64,000 nt of DNA, from the NCBI RefSeq assembly GCF_011745625.1, contig NW_027191461.1:372001-436000 (forward strand), written 5' to 3'. Below are positions 11,437 to 22,106 of the stretch, piece by piece. The position numbers were made by a program, and so were the translations under genes. Origin of the DNA: Cladosporium halotolerans. Its lineage: Eukaryota. The notes beneath the pieces were generated by a model. The model was not told where the DNA came from. It made no database searches and saw nothing but the letters and a program-made list of their open reading frames with translations. Positions within the stretch are counted from its first letter, which is position 1. Every line of letters begins with the position of its first letter.

Positions 11437-11507
11437 CTATTGGGAGGGTATGGTCAGTTGCTGGATGCTTCAGGGCGACGTGCAGGAGCAGTGCAGGGAT
11501 ATCTTAC
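11437..11507 (-). other. Probable 5'-UTR intron of the peroxiredoxin gene
   Basis: GTAAGA donor, CTGAC branch point and TAG acceptor 39 nt upstream of the ATG. Confidence 0.55.
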
Positions 11508-12734
11508 AGATGAGCAGTGAAAGGTATAGCAGTACTATAGCAGCAGTGTGTCAAGTGTCGAGGGAGAGGAGGGGCAAGTTGTCAAAGAAATACGTGTGTC
11601 GAACAACCTGACAAAAGGGTGCAGCACGCCGCCCCACCATGGCCAGTCGCCGATGGCGTGCTCCCCTCGCTTGCCCCAGCAAGGCAAAGTAGCAGATGAC
11701 GCCAAGTGCCGTGGCTGGCCCAGAGCCTCTTGTACAGAAGTTTCGAGCCAGTGTGATTGAGCGAGCTTATATAAACATCTTGCGTCTCTGTGCCAGCTAC
11801 TCCGCGCCGTGTAGTGGTGGTGCTGGGGATGTGATGGCGTGCCTCAGGTTGGTAAGCGCCTCGCTGCAGCGCGTACGTCTGACGCAGCTCCAGTGATGTC
11901 TCTCCGACCTCGGCCACACCAAAGCTGCTCCCCGCCGACACGCGACGCCGAAAACTTTCCGGGCGCCGAGAAAAGCAGAGGAATCATCTACCCAAAAGGC
12001 TGCGGCAAGGCTGCGGAAGCCGGCAGCTAACGTACCTTGCTACTGTTGTATCGCTGCGACGGTTGTGACTCCTCCGCAATTTACCCCAACGGACAAGTTA
12101 CGTGTTCGTCCAAAGTAGTCGTTCGGATGGCGAAGCTGTGGTCGCCTCGTAGACGGAATTGAGTGCTTTCGACGCTTGAAGCAAGCACAAGGCACAGCAA
12201 TGATATTTCTCGTTGAAGGGAACGTCAGAAATGCAGCATCAGACATGCGCAACACTTCCGCTGGGACCTTGTGGAGAAATCGACGCCCTGCGGCTCGACG
12301 ACGAATGGCGATGCACCAATGCCAGCGCTAGGCATTCGGCACTGCTGAGCTGCATAGATGTCGCCGCCGCCCGCTCGCTAACACGGTTGAAGCCCCAAGG
12401 CTCAAGATGAGGAGAACCCCTTCCTGTTTCCGCGGTTCGATTCTTAAGCACGCTGCCATCCGCTGTTACTCGGACATCTGTCGTTGTTGCCACGGTAGGG
12501 CGCGCGTTGAGCACGGTAGATCCACGCATCCCTACAAACGGACGGTCCCATTGCGGGATGAATCGGGGAAGACTTACCGGACCCACCACCACATTCGCCT
12601 GGACCAATTGACTCGTGCTTGGAGTGAGGCAAGATAGAAGAAAAATATACAGGGAGAAAAGCGTCCATCTTGTTTCATTATTTCGTACTCCGTTGACGCT
12701 TTTCGCGCTTTCTCTGGATTTTTTTGCGCCAAGT

Positions 12735-14447
12735 ATGGCGGATCCTGAAATTCACTTGCCACCTGCGCCAGAAGACGAGGAGAACCATGAGTACAATCCG
12801 GACATCGAACGCGTCGAAAGTGAGAAGCGGCCTAGGAGGGATCCGTCCGTGAAAAATCTCGGCGGACTTGGAAGCCAGCATGAGATTATCTGCCATTACT
12901 TGACCTTCGAAACTCAATTGCCCTCGCCGGCACACCTCTCTCAACCGGCAGAGGACCAGACGCCTCCATCACCATGTCCGAGTCTGGAAAAGTACAAGTC
13001 GCCGTACCTCTGGAGCGCAAAGCGCAAGACCTTCATGACTTGGCTGTCCTGCATGGCAACCATGCTCACAGCTTACACTGCTGGCTCTTATTCTTCGGGC
13101 AGCTCTCAAATGCAAGAAGAGTGGCATGTGTCTGAGACCGCGATAGCGGTCGGCATTACAGTCTTCACGTGCGGCTTCGGCGTAGCGCCGATGGTACTTG
13201 CGCCGCTCTCTGAAATCAACGGAAGAAGACCAATCTTCGTCGTCACTGGAGCGCTATTCGTTGTCTTCCAGCTCATTTGCGCTGTCACGCCTACCTACGC
13301 TGGCATGATCGTCAGTCGTTTCCTAGCTGGATGCTGCAGCAGTACTTTCAGCACAATGGTCGGTGGCGTCGTCAGTGACATCTACCATGCTGAGGACCGA
13401 AACACAGCTATGGCCTTGTTTTCTGGATCAGCACTCTTCGGCACTGGACTGGGACCGGTAATCAGCGGTGTTCTCGCTCAGCATACGACCTGGCGCTGGA
13501 TTTTCTACCTGCAGGTGATCACCTGTGGCGTGATGATGGGTCTCGTCCTGATCTTCTTCAAAGAAACACGTGGCTCGGTTCTCCTCAGCCAGAAGGCAAA
13601 GACGCTCAACAAATGGATTGATCAGCTGGAATCTGAGGGTCACTACGGCTTCATGATGCCTGTATCCGAGACCAGCACGGCCGAAGGTAAGACCGCGCCT
13701 CAGAGGATTCGATGGAAAGTCAAGAGCGACGAGGAGCGGGCATCCCTCGGACGCATGGTCGCAATCAGCTTGTACCGGCCTTTCCATCTCCTCTGCACGG
13801 AGTCTGTCGTGTTCTTCTTCAGTCTGTGGATCAGCTTCAGCTGGGCTGTCCTCTATCTGACTTTCTCTGCCATCCCGCTGGTCTTCACCGCCAGCCATGA
13901 TTTCAACGTTGAGCAGAACGGTGCAGTGTTCACGGCCTTGTGCGTGGCAGCCGTTCTCAGCACGCTCATTAGTGTCGCGCAAGACCACATCGCACGGAAC
14001 TACTTCACCGGCAAGCGTCGCGCTATTTTCGACGGCCCCGAAGGACGTCTCTACTTCAGCTGCGTCCAGAGCGCTCTCCTTCCTGTCGGCTGCTTCTGGT
14101 TCGGATGGACGTCGTTCCCAAGCGATCACTGGATTCTGCCCACCCTGGGAATCGGATGCGCAACCATGGGCATCTTCAGCATCTACCTGGCCGTCTTCAA
14201 CTACCTCGCGGACACCTACCATAAATACGCCAGCTCTGCTCTGGCCGCACAGAGTTTCTGCCGAAATCTGCTTGCGGGCGCATTCCCCTTGTTCACACCA
14301 CAGATGTTCCGCGCCATGACCTTCCAGGGTGCCGGCAGCTTCCTGGGTGGCTTTGGAGCTTTGTTGACTATCGTGCCGTGGATTCTAGTCTTTTACGGCC
14401 CGAAGATCAGGGCTAGAAGCAAGCTCGCGAGCGAAGTCATGGACTGA
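12735..14447 (+). CDS. MFS transporter, DHA1 (drug:H+ antiporter) family
   Basis: WSAKRK before TM1, APLSEINGRRP motif A, GPVISG, WRWIFY, PEGRL, YLADTY..YASSALAA; about 12 hydrophobic segments. Confidence 0.92.
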   Translation: MADPEIHLPPAPEDEENHEYNPDIERVESEKRPRRDPSVKNLGGLGSQHEIICHYLTFETQLPSPAHLSQPAEDQTPPSPCPSLEKYKSPYLWSAKRKTFMTWLSCMATMLTAYTAGSYSSGSSQMQEEWHVSETAIAVGITVFTCGFGVAPMVLAPLSEINGRRPIFVVTGALFVVFQLICAVTPTYAGMIVSRFLAGCCSSTFSTMVGGVVSDIYHAEDRNTAMALFSGSALFGTGLGPVISGVLAQHTTWRWIFYLQVITCGVMMGLVLIFFKETRGSVLLSQKAKTLNKWIDQLESEGHYGFMMPVSETSTAEGKTAPQRIRWKVKSDEERASLGRMVAISLYRPFHLLCTESVVFFFSLWISFSWAVLYLTFSAIPLVFTASHDFNVEQNGAVFTALCVAAVLSTLISVAQDHIARNYFTGKRRAIFDGPEGRLYFSCVQSALLPVGCFWFGWTSFPSDHWILPTLGIGCATMGIFSIYLAVFNYLADTYHKYASSALAAQSFCRNLLAGAFPLFTPQMFRAMTFQGAGSFLGGFGALLTIVPWILVFYGPKIRARSKLASEVMD

Positions 14448-14572
14448 AGGCAACATACAGGATAGATGGTGTATAGTATTAATTATTAATTGTCCTTAGA
14501 TCATACGCATCTGCAAAACGCAAGCGACAACAGTCTCATCTCCCGTCGTCGACACCTCGCCCATCACCAATC

Positions 14573-16344
14573 TCAATGCTCCTCCCCCAACCCTCCCGAC
14601 ATCCAGTACCCACCATCACCACCATCATCACCCTCCGACTGCCTACGCCCACCGCGCCCCTTCGCCACCTTCCCACCATTCTTCCCACCAGCCCCCTTTC
14701 GCCCCCTCGACACCTTCACCTCCTCATCACTCACGTACGGCAATTCCCACATCGAGGGATAGCTCTTCAGCTTCGGCGGGCTGGCAATCATATCCATCAG
14801 CTTCGACGGCAGGCCCGACACCGCCTGCACGGTGCGCTGCACGAGCGACTGGCTCGTGCGCGCGCTCGCCTGCTCGGCTTCTCTGCCTGCGGAAATCGAA
14901 CCATCGTCAGCAGACACTCCATGGAACATCACAGCCTAGGGCCAGCGGACCACGCACCTTGCTGCAAATCCTTCTCGATCTGCCGCCCGATGTACTCCTC
15001 CATGTACGGCGTCTCTCCATAGACGAAGTAAGGCGGCATGCGCCGGTGCCACTGCTCCGGGCCCGGCAGCGTCTCGAAGAACGGGTTCGGCTTGTTGAGG
15101 CCCCTGATGATCGGCGGGTTCGTAGACGAGACTATGTCGCCGCGGCGGTTTTGGCTGCCGGGTTGGCCGCGGGAGGGAGAGGGCGCGCTGGTTTTGCGGG
15201 CCTTGGGGGTGGGCTTTTTGGCTGGGGAGGCGCTGCGGGCGCGCTTTTTGGAGATGGGGGCTGCGGCGGGTAGTGGGGTTTTGGAGGGGTTTTGGGAGCG
15301 TTTGGGTGGTGATGAGGAGGGTTTGTTTGTTGGGGAGGCGGCCCGTTTTGCGGGCGATGGGGTGCGTTTCTTTGCTGGGGAGGGGGTTCGCTTTGCGGGC
15401 GATTTGCGCGTGGCGATGATTCCTTCTTCTAGGGCTTGAGGGTGGTCAGTTTCTGGAACGCACTTTCTACGGGCGGAGCGGTCCTTACCAAGCACATCCT
15501 GCTCGTCTTTTCCCGGGCGATAGGGCCGATCCTGAGGACTCTTCGACCGGCTCTTTGCCCGAGACGTAGCTGCGTTGCCAGCAGCAATCCGCGCTGGCGC
15601 TTTAGCAGGGCTCTGAGACCTGGTCTTTGGCCGCTCGATCGACTCGACTACTTGAGCGACCTTGCGCGGCGACGCTTTTTTCGCAGGACTCTTGCTGCGA
15701 GAGCGCGCAGTCTTGCCGATCGGCGTGTCACCTCGGCGCTTGGAAGGACTCTTGGATCTGGATAGTGTGCGAGTGGAGGCTTTGGTCACTCGGCCGGTTG
15801 CGACTCTGTCTGCGGCGGCCGCTGGTTTGGAGGGAGACTTGCTGCGCCTCGAAGGAGCCGGTACAGGTGTTGCTTGCTTTGTGTTTTTAAATGCCGCTTT
15901 CGCTGGAGAGGCCGCTCGCTTCGACTTCGCTGGACTGACTGACTTCGAGAGCTTGGGAGTTGTCTTCTTGCCAGAGGAAGTTTTGGCCGGGCTGGGCTGC
16001 CTTGTCGGCCTTGTTGAGGTCACTTTTGCCGGAACGACAGCCACGGCGGCCTTGGAAGGAGAAGCCTTTTTCGCCGGCCTCTTAGCTTTGGCAGGAGAGC
16101 TCTTCTTTGCCGGTGTCGCTTTCGCAGGCGAAGCCCTTTTAGTAACTCTGCCAGACTTCACTTGCTCTAAAGACGTCTCTTGTACCTTTGAAGGGGAGCT
16201 CCGCGTCGTTCTGGTAGGGCTTTTGGATTTGGTTGCAGTGGCTTTAGGTTTGGCTGGTGATGCTGACCTGCGAGTGGTTTTGGCTGGCAACGGTGATTTG
16301 CGGCTGGCTTTAGCAGGCGTTCCGCCTGTGCGTGCTTTGGCCAT
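14573..16344 (-). CDS. Lys/Arg/Ser/Pro-rich basic protein with many SPxK repeats; intron 14887-14957
   Basis: Long ORF from MAKART; the GTGCGT..CTGAC..CAG intron joins it in frame to the 14573-14932 ORF (QQG|REAEQ). Confidence 0.75.
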
Positions 16345-16958
16345 GGTTGCGTGATATGGTGATGAAAGAGGGCAGAGATAGATATCAACGAAGATACACG
16401 CGCAGGCGACAGGTAGGTGGCTGAAGCGAGGTAAAGGCGTAAACAATGCTTGTGCAATCAAACGGCTGGAATGCGGTATGCGGCTTCCCGGGTCAAACAA
16501 TCCACCTGGCTTGCTGGAGCGACTTCAGACATATTAGAGCAAACGTCAGAAGAATCAGAATAATTTGGTGCGTGCATATCGCTGTAAGTCTCAGCCAAAC
16601 TGTCGCCCATCCATGACTGGCTCCTTCATCAACCGATCGCACTCGAGCCAGGCCGCTCTTTGTGAAGCACACATTTCCGAAATTTGCAGAGCTGACTGCA
16701 CCGTGTGTCACAGTCTTCGCTTGGTCAAAACGTGCTGAGACTGAGGATAGTAACCTTCGTCCCAGGAAATGTCTGTAGATTTGTGCGTGTTCCGCATATG
16801 CTCGGTCGTTAGTCTATGTCTATAAGCTCGTTTCCAGCGAGTCTAAAGTCCTCGTTGCTTCCTTTGCTAAGCCCGTCATCCGTCCGCTGGCCTTTCCACG
16901 CCAGGCCAGTCTTCAGTCGTAAGATGAAACTTCTCTCCACATGCAAAAAAAATACCCT

Positions 16959-17426
16959 CTACTGGCCGTACATGCCTCTGCCAAGAGCCTCGTTGATTCC
17001 CCTGACATTCCAGTAGAAAGGCCTGATCTCCTTGATAGTGCCAGCGTCGCGGTCAACCTTGACCCACTGGATGAGGGGGTCGACGAGCTCCTCGCCAGAC
17101 TTGCGGACGCGGATTCTGAGAGTGGAGGTCACGACGACCTCGTTACCGTTGTGCAGCACCTGGCGGTCGCTGACCTCCATGCGGTCGAAGCAGGTGGCCA
17201 TGGCCTCGCTCCACTTGAGGAAGCCCTCGTGGCCCTTGTACTCGCCACCGTAGGGCATGTCGGGGGACTGGTGGATGTGGACATCGGGCGAAAGAGTGTG
17301 GGCAAGGTCGGTGAAGTCGCGCTTCTCGGCGGGCGAAGCCATGTAGACGCGCTCGGCGGCGTAGAAGCGTGTCAGGACATCCTCAGCGGTTTGGGCACCC
17401 TTGGAGAGATCGTTGGTGGCAGCCAT
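16959..17426 (-). CDS. SnoaL-like / NTF2-fold protein
   Basis: 155 aa; RFYAA..LSPDV..H.SPDMPYGGEYKGHEGF and GTIKEIRPFYW pattern typical of SnoaL-like proteins. Confidence 0.85.
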   Translation of the reverse strand: MAATNDLSKGAQTAEDVLTRFYAAERVYMASPAEKRDFTDLAHTLSPDVHIHQSPDMPYGGEYKGHEGFLKWSEAMATCFDRMEVSDRQVLHNGNEVVVTSTLRIRVRKSGEELVDPLIQWVKVDRDAGTIKEIRPFYWNVRGINEALGRGMYGQ

Positions 17427-18900
17427 GGTAATTGGTGATTGGCTGGGTTAAAAAATTTCTTGGTGGCGAAGATACGAGCTGGCTGGTATGTCCTTTCTAG
17501 AGTGCGGTGAAGTTTGGTGGTGTGGTTGGTAAGGCGACAGCTGTTCCGTACGGTAAGCAAAGTATTAGAACTCCTTTTCCCGTTCGGTCTGGCAAAACGT
17601 GGTTTCGCCGTGGAATTATCGGCGACAGCTTCGCGCATCAGGCGCGCGGGCCCACATGGTACACGTCGGTGCTGCAAAAGTGGACCGCTGGCCTCACCCA
17701 GCGCCCGCCAGCGACGAGCCAGCCGAGCCTCACACGCTGAGCTCCAATCGGACTGGGCCGATGGTAGGTGTGTTAGCGCAGTCCGACGTCACGCTTTCGT
17801 GCGGCAGATGCGGTAGGGTTGAGCCCGCGCCGTGATGATGTGAAGCTTTGCCATGCGCTCTGTGCAATTTCAATGCGCCGAGACATCGCCGCTGCTTGCA
17901 GGATGCCCTCCCGACCACCACGCGCGTGTTTCATGTGCGAGCCTGACTGCTCCTCCTTCGTCTGGACTTCGGAGCAACGGCAGGGCTACGTTCGAACGGA
18001 AGGACACGGCATGTGATTGCCTGTGTCCCCGCGTTGATCAGACCTGCCACAAGAGCACGGAGGATATAGTACTCGCGGTAGCGCCGTATAGCTGTGGGCT
18101 GCCCGCATGTTCTCCACGGACGCCAACGGTGACCATGGGCTAACGAAGTGCCTTTGAGCCGTCGGGAACTGCTCCTGGTGAAGAGCTCGAGTTCATGCTG
18201 GGACAAAGGAGAAGTGGGTCGTAATCATCCGTCCCGTCAAAGGCCGAAACGCTTGTACGGTCACGATGTTACACTCCTAGGCTCCTAAAGCTGCCTAAGC
18301 TTATGATGGTGCATCGCGTGGCTAATCTTATTGGTAGGAACTCAAAGACAAGCTGCCAGCAATAAACCACCTGACGTTTACACATCTCGCTGGTGGTGCC
18401 GGACAGATATGGGGTCTCGCTCGGGTGGGTGGAAAAGCGTTCCATTCTACACCGTCTTGTTTCGTTTCCCGGTTAATAGCATACTTCGAGCGCGATTACA
18501 ATGAACCAGCCAAACACAATGTCGATGTAGCATTGGGTTATGGTATTCCGCAAAGGTTGATGCCTCTATAGGCCCAACTACCATGCGCAAATGCTATGAT
18601 TATACTAATGGAAACGCACTTGACTTCATACCTGGTCGTTCGACAACATTGGACTCCAAGGCTAATGTATGGCTAGACTTCGCATCGAAATTACCCGACA
18701 CATAATTGATCTCGCGTCTGGGTTGTCTTCAAAGACATGGTTAAGGATGTATTGCGCTACAACATCTCGATCGACTAGCGCTATGCCATCGAAAGCTCCT
18801 TAAGCTTGAAGGGTTTTCTAGGCTTCTCCCCGTCTCAAGCGTCTGTGACAGATGATGAAGTGGTCGTTGGAACAGTCCTCAACCAAGCCGATTTGGTATA

Positions 18901-18919
18901 TTAGGGTTAGGGTTAGGGT
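18901..18919 (+). repeat. Interstitial telomeric repeat (TTAGGG)3
   Basis: ttagggttagggttagggt read directly. Confidence 0.9.
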
Positions 18920-19386
18920 AAGATGAGGGCTGCTCTTGAATCGCCAGCTCTCACCGAGACCTTACCGATAGTACCTAGATCCTCTCAGTCGATGATAGTA
19001 CGAAAGCGATCGAAAGGACAAGTGTGACACGAATGTTGTTCTTTCGGTTGATTGACAGGAGTCTTTCAGGCCTCGGAACCTAAGGCCTGAGACCCGCCCT
19101 AGCATTTTGGCAGACATCACTGAATATTCTGCCTAGTCAGTGCGCGAGTACCCCCGCTATGCTCAATCGCCTTGGGTATCGCTCAGGAGGCTCGATGTAG
19201 CTCCTCCCAATAGTCTTGATTATGTCGGAGCATGCAGGCTTCGCACAGTATTATCGGCTGCCCTTTCCTGCCACCTACGTCTTTCACGCGGAAAAAAAAA
19301 GTTGAGACGAACTTTTCACACTTCACCCGTATCTGTTACGGAGCGATAACAATGTGAAAAAATGCTCTCGGGCACGTAAAAACAGA

Positions 19387-19483
19387 TGATGAGGGTGGGA
19401 TTCGAACCCACGAGGCAAAGCCACTGCGGTACGATGTTCAGGCTAACCTAAACGCAGCTCCATAACCACTCGGACACCTCACC
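19387..19483 (-). tRNA. tRNA-Leu(TAG) with 17-nt intron (19430-19446)
   Basis: GGTGAGG/CCTCATC acceptor stem, A box TGTCCGAGTGG, CTGCG/CGCAG anticodon stem with TAG, long variable arm, GGTTCGAATCCC T-arm, T5 terminator just downstream. Confidence 0.95.
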
Positions 19484-19958
19484 GAAGAATATGACGTGGA
19501 ATTTGCGTTCTCAATCCTATGTTCAGCATCAAAAATGGGGAGCTTGATGCCAGGCAGTAAGACGATGCTCGCCTCAATTTGGTACAAAAGAGGTAGAGAT
19601 TAGTTGAGGCATGATGGTAGACTGGGACATCGGTGCATCGCAAAATTTCGGGCATGCTCCGGGTTTGCGCGAACACCTTCACACAAGTAAGCGATGAGAT
19701 GTGATGAACCTGGCTTCTTGCACCTATGCGCGTTAATGGTGAGGGACTGCTGTGGCGTCAAGATAGCGCGTCTCAGCCTTTGATCCTATGAGGAAGTGAG
19801 GTCTGAATCACAACGAGCATGCCGAAGTTATCGTAGAGCTTCGCCGTGACCGCTATGGTGTACATGCCAAACCTGAGGTGTGAAAAGCGACTAATTCGGG
19901 CGGGGGGCATGTAGCTTCCTGTCGACCACACCAATGATTCGAAAGAGATCATTTCAGG

Positions 19959-21620
19959 CTACATGAAAGCCATCTCTCTGACCAACCCAGCCTTCGTCCA
20001 GCCCCTCGCAAAATTCCTCCCCGTAGTCAAGAGCAGCGCAATCCACCAGACCCTACCAACCCAAGCATCATACCACTGCACCGGGCTAACACCCCTGCTC
20101 TTCCTCAAGCGGCGCACAAAACCCTTGACAGCTTCTTCGAAAATAACAGCCACGCCGTTCATAGCGAAAAACTTCGCCTCACCCGTGGCATCCTTCCAAC
20201 TTCCGCCCAAAGTCCCTCTCACCGCGAAGGAATGCACGAATGCAGAGCTCAGGAAGCCGCCGAGGACTTTCCCGACGTCTGCTCGCTCGTTGGAGCTTTT
20301 GCCAGTGAGCTTGCGTTCAAGCCATTCGCCTGGCCAGACGCCCCAGACGAGGAAGAGGCGGGCGAATAGTCGGTGCCAGCCGTAGGACCAGAAGTCGCGA
20401 GCTGATTTGATGTCCCAGACACGGGTAGTGTAGAGCGGTGGAAAGAAGGCCAAGGGCGAGGGAGCCAAAGGAGCCAGCATGATTGCGAAGAGGGAGTGCC
20501 CGAGCGAGAAAGCCGCCATTAAGAATGCGCCTAACGCTGCGGTGAGAATGTATTGCTCGGGATAACTCAGCTCGTCGAAAGGCGAATTGGGTGGGTTTGC
20601 GGTTGCCATAATGGGGGCGATCCGCCTGGTGTATGCTGTCTTGATGATGCCAAAAGCAACTACCATGACAGGTCCGACATGGAACAAGATAGAATGCACG
20701 CGATTCGATACAGTTGGCAGCCATGTCTTCCTTGTGTGGCGTACGTCTGCTGTTGTCCACGTAAAGCCAACACCTCGCATAGAAAGCTCCAGCTCCAGCG
20801 CCCAAGACGCTCTGTCGGAGAAGCTATGAGGCCAATCGTCTTCTGTCTCGGCCGATTCAATGACCGGGACGGGTTTGGGACCTTGCATCAATCTATGCAT
20901 CAGCTCAGTGTAGCCAACATCGCTGCTTAGTCGTTCAGTGAACGACTCGTTGTTCATGTTTTCAACCATGTCTGATCGCCAAAGACCTCGTTGCAGACTC
21001 GCCCTACGAGGCTTCGTTGGCGCAAGCAATTCGTCTTCTTGTGCCTTCGTGTCCTCTTTCGTCGAAGCCAGTACCGCAGCCGCGTTTTGCAACACCTCGT
21101 TCTCTTTCGCCTTCTTAACAAGTCCAGGCTCTTCAGGCTTATTAAGCATGCCATTCTGACCTCCATCTGCCCAAGGCCTAGGAGCCGTCTCCCCGCGGGG
21201 CGTTTCTGGCCGAGGCTTGTGGACATAGCGGACCCTCCTGGGTATGTGGCCCCAGAAGTAATAGCTCACATAGAAGGCGTCCAGGACCCTCAACCCTCCA
21301 TATAAGCCTACCAGACCGAGCTGGTAGGTGAGGCCAATACTCTGTGGGACATGGTAGGCCAGCGGCAGTCTGAGGAAAAGGAATGCGGCAAGGATAGCGA
21401 GCACATTTCTCAGAATGTGGATTGATGTGGCGTCGATAGCCGAAGGTGGTGATGGAGGGAGGAACAGCAGTGCCAGGTAGTACAAGATGACCGGACAAAT
21501 CACTGCTTCGATAGTCAACGGGCTTGAACCCGGTATGGGCTGGAGGCCAGGCCTCGGCGTCGCTGTGAGAGTAGAATGTATTGCATGGCGCATGAATTCC
21601 GGTACAGGAATCCAGCTCAT
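19959..21620 (-). CDS. Membrane-bound O-acyltransferase (MBOAT_2 / wax synthase-like)
   Basis: 553-aa membrane protein; MRGVGFTW, FPPLY..SARDFWSYGWHRLF, FLSSAFVH, FFAMNGVAVIFE motifs. Confidence 0.85.
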   Translation of the reverse strand: MSWIPVPEFMRHAIHSTLTATPRPGLQPIPGSSPLTIEAVICPVILYYLALLFLPPSPPSAIDATSIHILRNVLAILAAFLFLRLPLAYHVPQSIGLTYQLGLVGLYGGLRVLDAFYVSYYFWGHIPRRVRYVHKPRPETPRGETAPRPWADGGQNGMLNKPEEPGLVKKAKENEVLQNAAAVLASTKEDTKAQEDELLAPTKPRRASLQRGLWRSDMVENMNNESFTERLSSDVGYTELMHRLMQGPKPVPVIESAETEDDWPHSFSDRASWALELELSMRGVGFTWTTADVRHTRKTWLPTVSNRVHSILFHVGPVMVVAFGIIKTAYTRRIAPIMATANPPNSPFDELSYPEQYILTAALGAFLMAAFSLGHSLFAIMLAPLAPSPLAFFPPLYTTRVWDIKSARDFWSYGWHRLFARLFLVWGVWPGEWLERKLTGKSSNERADVGKVLGGFLSSAFVHSFAVRGTLGGSWKDATGEAKFFAMNGVAVIFEEAVKGFVRRLRKSRGVSPVQWYDAWVGRVWWIALLLTTGRNFARGWTKAGLVREMAFM

Positions 21621-22106
21621 GGTGGTCGGAGGCGCGCGGAGAGTTGGAGTGACGGAAAAGACATCGTGGGCGGAGAATTTACACTCATAGTTGCCTATGA
21701 TTTAGTGCATATGACCCTTCTGTATGCGGTGGGCTTAAGATTGGTTCGGTGATGGACAAGCTAAGATGGATGACGTTACACAACCGACCTCGTGGACTTT
21801 GAAGATCTCATGACGCCGCGCTACGATCGACTTGTGGCTCAGGCTTGTGCCTTTTCGGCTAGACTGATCGTGTTAGAGATTATCTTGCACGACCAACTAT
21901 TTCTCTTCTTCATTTTATGGTAAGAATGTTTGTACGTATATAAAGACTGCACGCGGCTCTGTAGGAATGCAAGAGCGCAGCATCTCCGGAGCTATCGCCC
22001 CCAATTTTACCGAGGCTAACAATATGAGCAATGATGCCGTTCATTTACGTATCGACGTTGGTTACCTGTACATTACGAAAAAGATATGGAAGGTGCAAAA
22101 ACTGCC

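Noticed and set aside
19701..19806. Possible C/D box snoRNA (GTGATGA ... CTGA)
   Set aside because: Weak terminal stem and no rRNA-complementary guide that I could recognise
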